From the IMG/VR virus record IMGVR_UViG_3300032222_000151, positions 54,810 to 118,809 of that record: a stretch of 64,000 nt of DNA; one strand, given 5' to 3'. The translations under genes and the position numbers were made by a program. Below the pieces are notes generated by a model. That model did not search any database, was not told the origin of the DNA, and saw nothing but the letters and a program-made list of their open reading frames with translations. Source of the DNA: a virus. Shown here in pieces: positions 29,871-39,194 of the stretch (positions are counted from its first letter, which is position 1; every line of letters starts with the position of its first letter).

Positions 29871-31904
29871 CTACTTGTTTATTTTAATTTCACAGTAGTC
29901 TGTTGTGCAGTATGCCTCACCTTGAGCCTCAAGATTGTCTACACCGTCGTAGATTGCACCAAAGTCAATGTGCTTCAACTTACCGATATATGACTCATAC
30001 TGCTCTTCAGTAATCTGAGTATATGGCTGCTGTGGATAAACAGTATTTCCCATTGGTAGGAATGAGACTGCCTTTAGTTGTCCCTCGTACATATGTAGTG
30101 CTGGAACAACATGCTTTGACTCTGTTTCCTTATCAAATGAAAGTGTTACAGAAACACCGTTGTCAGACCAGTACTTCTGAGCAGTTGCAGCAAGTGCAAT
30201 CTTCTCAAACAATGTAACATCTTTTTCAGATCTTGGATGGCCTGACTTAATTGGGAAGTATACAACTGATGTGTTTGCTGATACTACGTCGTCTTCAATT
30301 GTGTACCCTGCTGCTTTGAACAAGTGCATCATTGGATCTGTGTTTCCAAATCGAACTGCACGAAGGAAGAAGTTTCCTCCAGGACCCCAGTGAACTCCAG
30401 GGGTTGCACCAGAAAGAATTGATACCGATCCTGATGGCTTAACCGTTGTTACACGAATTGACTCACGAACACATAGCCATTCTGAATACTGATTATCATA
30501 GTGACGAATCTTGTTGTATCCTTCATCCATCCATTCACGAACAATTGGCAAGCCCTTTTGATCTGCAAAAGATGCAATACCAGTAAGCGATGTACCAATA
30601 CGACGATTGCGTTGCATGATACCGTTTGTTTGCTGCCAATGTGTTGGAACAAGTGTTACGGTCTTTCCATAAAGGTATGCAAACTTAAGGGTACGCAAGA
30701 AGTCCTCCTTGGATTCATGACGATTCAAGTGCACTTCTACAAGTGTACATAATTCGTATGATTCCAATGGCTGCTCCGCACATGGGTTGAATCCCATCAC
30801 ACGATAGTCCTTACCGTCTGGCGCATCCTTTAGTCGTCCATAATTACGAGCAACGTCAAGCCAAATAAAACCTGGTTCTCCGTTTTCTGTAATTAAATCT
30901 ACATAGTCTTCGTACTTTGTTCCTACTTCTGCTGAAATAGAATTATTAGACATCCAAGCCCAACCTGGATTTTCTGGATCAAATGAGTTACGCTCTGGGA
31001 ACATCTCTGAGTTCTTTAGATTCATGAATGTTTCATCCCCTGCGTTACCCAAAGCAAGTGTTGCTGAGCGACGAACGTTACCTGATACCACGCAGGTACC
31101 AATAAGGTTTACAAGGTCTACGATAGCACGAGAGTCTAGTGTTTCTCCACCTCTGGAGCCGATTACACGGTCTATCTGGTCATGCAACTTGATAAGGGGT
31201 GCAGGACCTGATGCAACGCCTCCAAAGCCCTTAATGGGTGCTCCAAGAGGTCTGATCAAATCATAATTAAACTTCTGAATACTCTGGTTTGCTCTCAAAT
31301 AAGAATTGATTAGAAGTCGTACTGATTCTACCCAACCTTCACGAGTGTCTGGAATTTCGAACACCTGTTCTGGTTCTGTTGGGGTATAGATTGAGAAATT
31401 CTTATCCTGTCCCACTGTGTCAAACCCTACACCAATTCCAAGCATCAATGCATCCATAACCCAAGCAAATAATGCTCCTGGATCATTCTTGTCAAGGTCC
31501 TTTGTAGATACCATTGCACAGTTCTGTAGCGCTGCTGAGTTCTTCTTCTCCATGGTCATAGGAGTTCCAAATGCCCACATGCCTCGTCCTGGTGGTGTCC
31601 ACTTTAATTCAAACATTCTTTGGAATGCTTCTTGTGCAGACTTCTGAGCCTTGTAGTCATTCCATGGTAAACGGTTTTCTTTAGCATGATTCTTCTGAAC
31701 TGAATACATACCCTCGATTACACGACGACAAACTTCATGCCATCTTTCCTTAGTTCCATCTTCCTTCATGCGAGAATATGTACGAATAAAAGTAATTTCT
31801 CCAAGTGAATTTTCTGCTGCATCTTTGAATCCAAATGGGCTTTCTACATTTTTGTACTTTTCTACAAAATCTTCTGGAAGCCTAAAACTAAAAAAATCTG
31901 ACAT
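29871..31904 (-). CDS. nrdJ: Class II (adenosylcobalamin-dependent) ribonucleotide reductase, monomeric type
   Basis: RTYSR, PPGRG, ALQNC, VVSGNVRRSA, NPCAEQ, TVKPSG and C-terminal CxxxxC motifs. Confidence 0.92.
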   Translation of the reverse strand: MSDFFSFRLPEDFVEKYKNVESPFGFKDAAENSLGEITFIRTYSRMKEDGTKERWHEVCRRVIEGMYSVQKNHAKENRLPWNDYKAQKSAQEAFQRMFELKWTPPGRGMWAFGTPMTMEKKNSAALQNCAMVSTKDLDKNDPGALFAWVMDALMLGIGVGFDTVGQDKNFSIYTPTEPEQVFEIPDTREGWVESVRLLINSYLRANQSIQKFNYDLIRPLGAPIKGFGGVASGPAPLIKLHDQIDRVIGSRGGETLDSRAIVDLVNLIGTCVVSGNVRRSATLALGNAGDETFMNLKNSEMFPERNSFDPENPGWAWMSNNSISAEVGTKYEDYVDLITENGEPGFIWLDVARNYGRLKDAPDGKDYRVMGFNPCAEQPLESYELCTLVEVHLNRHESKEDFLRTLKFAYLYGKTVTLVPTHWQQTNGIMQRNRRIGTSLTGIASFADQKGLPIVREWMDEGYNKIRHYDNQYSEWLCVRESIRVTTVKPSGSVSILSGATPGVHWGPGGNFFLRAVRFGNTDPMMHLFKAAGYTIEDDVVSANTSVVYFPIKSGHPRSEKDVTLFEKIALAATAQKYWSDNGVSVTLSFDKETESKHVVPALHMYEGQLKAVSFLPMGNTVYPQQPYTQITEEQYESYIGKLKHIDFGAIYDGVDNLEAQGEAYCTTDYCEIKINK

Positions 31905-31960
31905 ATGTATCGTCCTTTCAAAAACGGAATAGTGTTAAGTATAGCAGAGTTTTATAAAAA

Positions 31961-31997
31961 GTAAAACTCTCCCTAATCTACTACTTGAGAGTTTTGC
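31961..31997 (-). terminator. Hairpin terminating the oxygenase cluster
   Basis: Minus strand GCAAAACTCTC..GAGAGTTTTAC followed by TTTTT. Confidence 0.5.
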
Positions 31998-31998
31998 T

Positions 31999-32790
31999 TT
32001 ATGCGTACTTGTTACCTTTTGCCCACTCTTCTTTTTGAATGGCTTGTTGCCTTCTTACTTCTTTTTCTTGCTCATCCCACTTATCAAGAGTTTCTTGATC
32101 ATACTCTATTTCTTCAAAATCCCAAAAAGAAACCATTGTATATCTTGTTCCATCTAAAATTTCTGTAACACCGTGGATATTTTCCACACCGCCAGGAAAA
32201 ACATAATAGGAATATGCATTTGGCTTAAAGGATAGATATGGCTCGTTCCATACTGGGACTGGAACCCCGTCCATATCTAAACTGTCTGACTTTTTTCCAG
32301 AGTCTTCAACAAAGTATAACTCTCCTCCATCATAATTATCATTTAAATATAATATCCCAACATATTTGTTAATTTCAAAAGCATTTGGAACTCCAGAAAA
32401 ATCTGAATTGTCTGAGTGGGGTGAAGCAAATCCCCCAACATCCCACTTCTGTGCATGAGATGTGTTTGGCCTTACTTTTCTTTCAAAAACTAACTCTACC
32501 GCTTCCTTAAACTTTTCTCTCAGATCTTCAAAAAAGTTTCCATCTAGACCATGCTCAGCAAGACCTGGATCGTTTGGGGCTAACCCCATTCCTAATGAAC
32601 CATAAAAAGCAATATCTCCCCAGTCATCACCTTTAGACTCTACATAGGAGATCATAGACTTTGCTGTCTTTTCATCCAAGAAGTTTGGAATTTCAACAAT
32701 TCTATTGTGTGTTATTCCAAGCACACCTTTTGTATTTTCTTCATCCTTTATATATTTAAAGTTTGATTTATCAAGTTTATCAATTATCAT
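31999..32790 (-). CDS. 2OG-Fe(II) oxygenase, prolyl 4-hydroxylase-like
   Basis: HSD, LYLNDNYDGGEL, HGV and RY motifs. Confidence 0.85.
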   Translation of the reverse strand: MIIDKLDKSNFKYIKDEENTKGVLGITHNRIVEIPNFLDEKTAKSMISYVESKGDDWGDIAFYGSLGMGLAPNDPGLAEHGLDGNFFEDLREKFKEAVELVFERKVRPNTSHAQKWDVGGFASPHSDNSDFSGVPNAFEINKYVGILYLNDNYDGGELYFVEDSGKKSDSLDMDGVPVPVWNEPYLSFKPNAYSYYVFPGGVENIHGVTEILDGTRYTMVSFWDFEEIEYDQETLDKWDEQEKEVRRQQAIQKEEWAKGNKYA

Positions 32791-33628
32791 TTTTTATAGT
32801 AAGCCTTTCAACGTTATTTCTCAAATACTCTTGATTCATCTTTAAGTATTCTTCCATTTGCTTTTCTACTCTTTCTGACTCCATCTTCATCCAAAGTTCT
32901 TCTCCATACTGATCTCTTTTTTCTAACCACTCTGGATTTCCTTCAAATGGCTTTTGATAAAAACATCTAATGAGGTACTTATCTTCTTTTTCAACCTGCT
33001 TAACACCATGGAGATACTTCCCATTATCTGAGAGGAGATCTGGATGCCCTGAAGGGAAAACAAGAACATCCCCAGCAACTGGCTTATAATCTAATATTCC
33101 TTTTCCTGGAATAAGGAATGTTATATCTCCGCCTTCATAATCATCGTTTAAATACATTGTGCATGTTAGTATAAACTTATTTCCTGGCCAATCACCTTCT
33201 AAGGTTACGTAGTCTGTGTGATAAACCATATCTAGTCCATCTCCACCACCATTTCTTTCTGAGTTTTTCCAATCATACTTAGATATAGATGGTCCCATTA
33301 TTACCCAGTCATCTCCAACAGACATTCCGTGAGTTTCTAGATATGTCTGCGTAGCATAACTAAATGCATTAGTTATTTCGTCCATAAAAGATTGTTCTTT
33401 TGCATATACATCGTTATTTAAGTTTTTGTCTTTTTCTTCTGCGCCTTTGCCAATTTCCCAAACATAAGTTCCAAATCTGCTCCACTTCTTCCAGTCTTTA
33501 AATAAAACTGAAGACTCTGGATCTTTTTCTGATGACTTAAATGTATCAACCATCTCTTTGTGTTGTGGCAACAAACCTTTGTATACGTAAATGTTTGTAT
33601 CAATTTCTGTAAATGTTACATTATTCAT
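32780..33628 (-). CDS. 2OG-Fe(II) oxygenase, prolyl 4-hydroxylase-like
   Basis: HTD, YLNDDYEGGDI, HGV and KY; start MNNVTF. Confidence 0.85.
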   Translation of the reverse strand: MNNVTFTEIDTNIYVYKGLLPQHKEMVDTFKSSEKDPESSVLFKDWKKWSRFGTYVWEIGKGAEEKDKNLNNDVYAKEQSFMDEITNAFSYATQTYLETHGMSVGDDWVIMGPSISKYDWKNSERNGGGDGLDMVYHTDYVTLEGDWPGNKFILTCTMYLNDDYEGGDITFLIPGKGILDYKPVAGDVLVFPSGHPDLLSDNGKYLHGVKQVEKEDKYLIRCFYQKPFEGNPEWLEKRDQYGEELWMKMESERVEKQMEEYLKMNQEYLRNNVERLTIKNDN

Positions 33629-34304
33629 CTTTACTCTTTTCCTTATGAGAAAGAATTGTAAAGAAGAATGGTATAACATATCTTATTCCACTTTTAATCT
33701 CTGTTACTCCGTGTATATAGTTTAAGTCCCCTGGGAAAAAGTATGCAGCGCCTGCCTTTGGCTTAAACTGAATTTCTTGGTTAGGAAAATATAACTCTCC
33801 ACCCTCATACTCGTCATTTAAATAAAACAGACCAGCAATATCGTACCAAGGGAAGTCATTTGGCTTGCCAGCATCATCCCCTTCGTGCAACTCTTTATCT
33901 GCATGAGGCATTTGAAGTTGTCCTGGTAGCCATCTAACAATTGCTGTACTGGTTGGCCAAGCATCTACTCCAAAAAACTCATCAACTTCAGACTTTAGTC
34001 TTGCCTGTAGTTCAGTAATCATTGGATTAATCTTTACATCGTTAAGGTCTAGTGTGTTTGATGTTGCAACTCTATCTTCCCAATACTTTGAGTCATAGAT
34101 CACTGTTCCTTCATCATTATAGTGGGTTTCTGTAACATCCCAAACTGATATATTCTTTGCTGCATTAGAAAGAAAATCAAGTTCTTCTGATGTCATAAAG
34201 TTTTCTCTTGCCTGAATCATTTCAGCGCTTTTTCCAAAATAACCAGAAGGGGTTATGGAAACTCTTTCATTTGCATAATTATTAGAATACTCTACGCTTT
34301 GCAT
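33621..34304 (-). CDS. 2OG-Fe(II) oxygenase, prolyl 4-hydroxylase-like
   Basis: HAD, YLNDEYEGGEL, HGV and RY; leaderless-type promoter. Confidence 0.88.
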   Translation of the reverse strand: MQSVEYSNNYANERVSITPSGYFGKSAEMIQARENFMTSEELDFLSNAAKNISVWDVTETHYNDEGTVIYDSKYWEDRVATSNTLDLNDVKINPMITELQARLKSEVDEFFGVDAWPTSTAIVRWLPGQLQMPHADKELHEGDDAGKPNDFPWYDIAGLFYLNDEYEGGELYFPNQEIQFKPKAGAAYFFPGDLNYIHGVTEIKSGIRYVIPFFFTILSHKEKSKDE

Positions 34305-34325
34305 ATTTTTATTATACCACCGAAT

Positions 34326-35060
34326 CTATTCATACTTTCTTTGTTCCCAAACCTCATTTTTGTAAATACCACCATCTGGCTTTCTATATATGTTGGCATT
34401 TTCTGTTGTTTGCCTAAACAGTTCTCTTGCATCATTTTCTTCTAAAACATCAGATACCCAGTTTTCTCTTTTAAACGGTATGACCTGTGCATAAGGAGTT
34501 CCTGCAGGAATGACTCCTTCAAAACCTTCAATAATAAAAAACGGAAGAGAACCAGGGAGGTGAACCTTGTCATTGTCAATGATTCCACTTGTAGTCAAAA
34601 ATGGAAGTTCATATCTATTAAATGGTTGGGCATAAAGTGCACTATAGCCTGGAGGCAACTTAACTTGCCAGTCGCAGGTCCAAGCAAAATGATTTTTGTA
34701 GTGTCCTCTTGGGTGTTCAAATTGTGGCATCTCTTGTCGATCATGAACAAAGTCTTGATACTTTGCATTTGCAATCTTATACTGCAGTCCATTTGGACCC
34801 TGGAAAAATTCAATGTCGCATGGAGTATTTAGAGAATATCCAGTTGCCATTATGTCAAAAATTGCTGGACATGCTTTCCAGGTTGGAATCTTTCCACCAT
34901 CTGGACCAATATCAAAATCACCATTTGGGTTTGTTTTTGCAAACCTATCAGCCTTTCTAAACCAGTCTGGTATTGTTTTAATTATTGGCTTTGGAGAAGA
35001 CTTGCTTTCTTTTGATAGCCAGATCTTGTTGGCAGTAAATGTTATTTTTTGTGTATCCAT
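34326..35060 (-). CDS. Conserved phage protein within oxygenase cluster (dUTPase-like beta fold suspected)
   Basis: WKACPAIFD, GIIDND, IPAGTPYAQVIPFKRE; no HxD/H triad. Confidence 0.55.
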   Translation of the reverse strand: MDTQKITFTANKIWLSKESKSSPKPIIKTIPDWFRKADRFAKTNPNGDFDIGPDGGKIPTWKACPAIFDIMATGYSLNTPCDIEFFQGPNGLQYKIANAKYQDFVHDRQEMPQFEHPRGHYKNHFAWTCDWQVKLPPGYSALYAQPFNRYELPFLTTSGIIDNDKVHLPGSLPFFIIEGFEGVIPAGTPYAQVIPFKRENWVSDVLEENDARELFRQTTENANIYRKPDGGIYKNEVWEQRKYE

Positions 35061-35767
35061 TAGACCATATCTCTTTTATCATTTACCTTAAGTTTTAAAC
35101 TCTTTAGTTCGTGACTGCCCATTGGTTCACCATTATGATTTACCGCATCTCTATAAAAGTTTGTCCAATTTCCAGACTTGCTAATTTCAAAAGATGCATT
35201 TCCATAATCAGACATTCCCTTGTAATATTCGTCTGGGAAGTTTTCTGTATAAAGATTTACTTCTGTGCCCTGTATTTCTGACAATCCTATCGGAATTATA
35301 GAAACAATAGGAGTATTTGCTGGAATAGTTATTACTTCATTTGCTTTAGTAATTTTCCATGCATAAGGAATTGGTGGCTCTAGTACTGATGTACTGATGA
35401 TTGTTGTAAATCCCTGAACACCCTCTATAAACTGATTTGGAACTGGCATCATTAACAAACTTACATTTTCTTCAGACTTAAAGGTTAAGCCACTATTAAA
35501 ACTTATAGTAGCATTTGCTCTGCTTGTAAAAACATAGTTTTCTCCAGAAAGAATCTTAACGTGACCGTCTGCTGATGAAGGATCCCCATCCCAGATAAAC
35601 GAAATATCTTCTGGGTATGAGAATGTCCATCCAAGAGTGTTTGCTAAAGAAACTGGAAAGCACCTGTAAGCATGCTTATCAAAAGTCTCATCCATCCAAT
35701 CTCTTTTTACTGACAGCGCAGAGAAAGAAACATCAAAGTTTTTCTTTTTAAATACAGAAATATTCAA
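35060..35767 (-). CDS. DUF6065-like protein
   Basis: RDWMDET..HAYRCFPVSLANTLGW motif; probable TTG start 35767. Confidence 0.6.
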   Translation of the reverse strand: MNISVFKKKNFDVSFSALSVKRDWMDETFDKHAYRCFPVSLANTLGWTFSYPEDISFIWDGDPSSADGHVKILSGENYVFTSRANATISFNSGLTFKSEENVSLLMMPVPNQFIEGVQGFTTIISTSVLEPPIPYAWKITKANEVITIPANTPIVSIIPIGLSEIQGTEVNLYTENFPDEYYKGMSDYGNASFEISKSGNWTNFYRDAVNHNGEPMGSHELKSLKLKVNDKRDMV

Positions 35768-35768
35768 A

Positions 35769-36452
35769 TTAATTGCCTGTTTCTTCATACATTTCAGGAG
35801 TGTGAAATTTTGCACTATAGTCAAGCATTGTCACAACCGAGTATTTTATTCCAGACTCGACTGGCATAGCACGATGAGGATACATGTAGTTTGATGGGAA
35901 TATGTAAAGATCTCCAGCCTTCGGCTTAACTTCTAGGTTTTGTATACTAAATGATAGTCCTCCACCTTCGTAGTCATCATTTGGATATCCTACTAAAGAT
36001 ACCGTGCAGTTGTAAGAATATCCGTGGTCATGGTGATACTGGAAGTGTTGTCCTGGACCATACTTAATAAAGTTCATTGCTTCCCAATATCTTAAATCTC
36101 CAAGTTGAAACCTTTTAACATAGTCATCTACTGCTGGTTTTTGTCTGTCATAACAATCTTGCCATAGTTGCTGAAGAGTTAGACCTTCAGGACTTTTATC
36201 CCACTCGATATCGGTTTTTTTAAATTTAAAATCAACACAATCTCTATAGTCTGGCATTCTTTCCATATAGCCAACATACGCTGGTTGCCAAGAGTGTTGC
36301 GGGTTTACTCCTAAAGATGATTCTAGTCTATTGATAATATCTAGTTCTTTTGTAAGAACATCTCTATATACTAATATTCCATTCCCAAGATCTTCTACTG
36401 AAGACCAGGTTTGTTTTGGTGCTCCTTCTGAGACAGAGTTTTGTTGCTCCAT
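35769..36452 (-). CDS. 2OG-Fe(II) oxygenase, prolyl 4-hydroxylase-like
   Basis: HHD, YPNDDYEGG, FPSNYMYPH, KYS. Confidence 0.88.
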   Translation of the reverse strand: MEQQNSVSEGAPKQTWSSVEDLGNGILVYRDVLTKELDIINRLESSLGVNPQHSWQPAYVGYMERMPDYRDCVDFKFKKTDIEWDKSPEGLTLQQLWQDCYDRQKPAVDDYVKRFQLGDLRYWEAMNFIKYGPGQHFQYHHDHGYSYNCTVSLVGYPNDDYEGGGLSFSIQNLEVKPKAGDLYIFPSNYMYPHRAMPVESGIKYSVVTMLDYSAKFHTPEMYEETGN

Positions 36453-36485
36453 TTTAGTGCCTTTCTCTATTGTTTATATTATACA

Positions 36486-37187
36486 CTATATATGGTCCTT
36501 ATGGTGTAGATCATTATAGTCTGTCATTATAACTACGGAATACTTTATTCCGTCAAAAACTTCACAAGATGCATGCTCATAAACAAAGTTGGATGGGAAA
36601 AGAACAATGTCTCCAGCATCAGGCTTAATCTTGAGACCGTGCCTTGGAAACTCAATTTCGCCACCAGTGTAATCTCCATTAAGATAAACAACTGCAGATA
36701 CTGTGCATGTGTAGTATGGCCCATGATCTCCGTGGATCTTAAAATATTCTCCTGGTAAATACTTAACAAAGTTAAATGCTTCCTTGTAGTTCATCTGTAG
36801 GTGCCAAAATGACTCGTAGTCTCTTAAGCAAATATCAAGGCTTTCTTCAACATCTTTATGTATGTCAAAAAGATTTTGGTTGAACTCTAAAGACTTTCCA
36901 AGGTGCTCTCTTCTATACTTAAGATCAAAACAATTTCTAAGGTCATTAATGTCTTCCTTATCATTAACTTGAGCACCAGACCACTCAAACGAGTTCTTGT
37001 CTTCTATAACAGACTCTAATTTTGATATTATAGATTTTCCCTGTAAATCAGAAAAAACATTCTTATATAAATTAATTCCGTAGGCAAGATTAATAACCTC
37101 TATGCCACCAGGCAGTGATCTTGTCTGCAAACGCTCTTGAGACTTTTCAATTCTTGGAAGATCAAACCACTTATATTCTTGCTGCAC
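36486..37187 (-). CDS. 2OG-Fe(II) oxygenase, paralog of 35769-36452
   Basis: HGD, YLNGDYTGGEI, FPSNFVYEH, KYS. Confidence 0.88.
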   Translation of the reverse strand: MQQEYKWFDLPRIEKSQERLQTRSLPGGIEVINLAYGINLYKNVFSDLQGKSIISKLESVIEDKNSFEWSGAQVNDKEDINDLRNCFDLKYRREHLGKSLEFNQNLFDIHKDVEESLDICLRDYESFWHLQMNYKEAFNFVKYLPGEYFKIHGDHGPYYTCTVSAVVYLNGDYTGGEIEFPRHGLKIKPDAGDIVLFPSNFVYEHASCEVFDGIKYSVVIMTDYNDLHHKDHI

Positions 37188-37243
37188 AAAATCTCCTTTT
37201 GTTATTTAAATTATACCATAGAGAAATATGCTATACTTGACAA

Positions 37244-37936
37244 ATGAATGAAAGACTAATAGCCCTAACAAAAAATCCAAACTTTGAACAACTTTGTGAT
37301 GATGTCTGGGTTATTCATGATTTTACGTCAGTAGATGAGCGTAACTTTTATATAGCCCTTGCAGAAAATGCTTTAGAAGATGAGTGGTGGCAAAGAGAGC
37401 CTGGTTGGTGGAATGGAAAGTTTTTGCCAGTACCAAAAGATTCGAGTGTTCCCTCTCAAATTGTAGAAAAAATAAAAAATGCAATAGGAAACCCAGACCA
37501 TTGGGCATGGGGTAGCCCTGCATCTGTTCATAGAATAAAGCCTGGTGAAAAAATGTTTTTACATGCAGACAATCCAAATGAAAAAAGTGGTCTAAATAAT
37601 TGGGTAGATCTTAGTTTTGTTTTATATCATAATGAGTTTAATGGTGGGGAAATTATATATCCTCAATTAAATTTTGAGTACCATCCAAAACCTGGAGACT
37701 TGCTCATGCACCCAGGATCGCAAAATTATTTACATGGAACAAATGAAGTTTTGCCAGGGCCAAATAGATATAATTCAACGATGTGGGCTTATGACAATAG
37801 GGCTAAAAAACTTCATGAAGAAGGACTTGTCTATGAAGGATATAAAACAAAGAATCAACTACTATCTATTTATAATGGAGAAAAGCCAAATGATATATTT
37901 TCTAGTGGCGAAAGAGAGCCTGGAAATAACGTTTAG
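37244..37936 (+). CDS. 2OG-Fe(II) oxygenase (inverted orientation)
   Basis: HAD, FNGGEI, HGT and RY; TGCTATACT 6 nt upstream of ATG. Confidence 0.85.
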   Translation: MNERLIALTKNPNFEQLCDDVWVIHDFTSVDERNFYIALAENALEDEWWQREPGWWNGKFLPVPKDSSVPSQIVEKIKNAIGNPDHWAWGSPASVHRIKPGEKMFLHADNPNEKSGLNNWVDLSFVLYHNEFNGGEIIYPQLNFEYHPKPGDLLMHPGSQNYLHGTNEVLPGPNRYNSTMWAYDNRAKKLHEEGLVYEGYKTKNQLLSIYNGEKPNDIFSSGEREPGNNV

Positions 37937-38443
37937 TTATATAAATTGAGCAAATAAATAAACGTCTGATGCACTGCCAAAATTATATACGGAGCCCAGA
38001 CTGCCTGGTTCTCTTATGTACACATTTTTTGGTATTGCAGTATAGGTGTTAGTATCAATAGATACTTGTGATTTACTAGTTGCCAATATTGGAAAAAAAC
38101 ATGTTGTAACCTTTTCCTCGTATTCTTCTAGCGAGTAGTACTGTCTTATTGGATATCCCTGTGGCCTTAATTTAATCACATACATTTTTACTACTTTTTT
38201 GTTATATTTTTTTTCAAATTCATCAGTAATTATTTTTGCTGCATTAAAGACTTTTGGATCTTTATAGGACTCAATAATATAGTCTTTACCTGATAAAAAC
38301 TTATCTTCATCTACATCAAGGATATGGTAAAAATCCATATAATGATTATACTGAAATAGGTCTGTTCTTGACTCCTGCTGAGTCCACTGAAACTCTCTTT
38401 TGTTCTTTACTAGTTCTGCTAGATTTTCTATATTATAATTCAT
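37937..38443 (-). CDS. Asp/Asn beta-hydroxylase-like cupin, metal ligands apparently lost
   Basis: VIKLRPQG, FPILAT, SVYNFGSASDVYL pattern without HxD/H; start MNYNIE. Confidence 0.45.
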   Translation of the reverse strand: MNYNIENLAELVKNKREFQWTQQESRTDLFQYNHYMDFYHILDVDEDKFLSGKDYIIESYKDPKVFNAAKIITDEFEKKYNKKVVKMYVIKLRPQGYPIRQYYSLEEYEEKVTTCFFPILATSKSQVSIDTNTYTAIPKNVYIREPGSLGSVYNFGSASDVYLFAQFI

Positions 38444-39164
38444 GATTTTCCTGATCAAAGTTATAAAAAAGATGCGAAGTATTGTATACCTCTGCATCAA
38501 TAGAGTTAAATTCAAGTATTTTTTCTTTTTCTTTTTCTGTTAGGCTTGCATAAATCCTTGTTGAATCTGGATTCCATGAGTTTGCTCTTGATTGTAATTT
38601 TTGATTGATTTCTGGTACTGGAATATTTAAATCAGTTAATATTTTGTTATATGCCTGTTTTGTATTTTTTAATGACAGTTCTTCAGATTTTATTAACAAA
38701 GAGACATCCTTTAGTCTATTAAAAATAATATCTTTTGTAACAATACAATCTCTTGTTTCTGGGCTATAGATAAAACCACCTTCTACTTTATTTATTAAAA
38801 AGTTTTTAGATTGTATATTTTTTACAGTATCGTTATTCTTTGTCATCCACTCAAACATTGTATCTTTATTGTATTCTTCTGCCCCAATTGGTATTTTGTG
38901 TTGTGCTCCGTCTCCCAATACAGAAAAATGAGAATACAAACTTACCATATATTGCACTGGATCTCTTAAAAGACTTACTACATAGGTGTTTTTATCTATA
39001 AAGTCTGCCCAGAATTGATGAGCAATATATGTATCTCTATTGTAATGGCTGTGAATTCCATGTTCTCTCATTGCTAGTGCTGCAGGAACTACAACATTAT
39101 GAGTAAAATATCTACCTGCGGTTTTTGGAACATGTAGAAAGTAGAAACTATCAAATTCTTTCAT
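38433..39164 (-). CDS. Sulfotransferase family protein
   Basis: FLHVPKTAG (5'-PSB loop) and LRDP..SLY (3'-PB) motifs. Confidence 0.8.
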   Translation of the reverse strand: MKEFDSFYFLHVPKTAGRYFTHNVVVPAALAMREHGIHSHYNRDTYIAHQFWADFIDKNTYVVSLLRDPVQYMVSLYSHFSVLGDGAQHKIPIGAEEYNKDTMFEWMTKNNDTVKNIQSKNFLINKVEGGFIYSPETRDCIVTKDIIFNRLKDVSLLIKSEELSLKNTKQAYNKILTDLNIPVPEINQKLQSRANSWNPDSTRIYASLTEKEKEKILEFNSIDAEVYNTSHLFYNFDQENHEL

Positions 39165-39194
39165 TTTATGATAGTTCCTACTCTCTACTAGACA

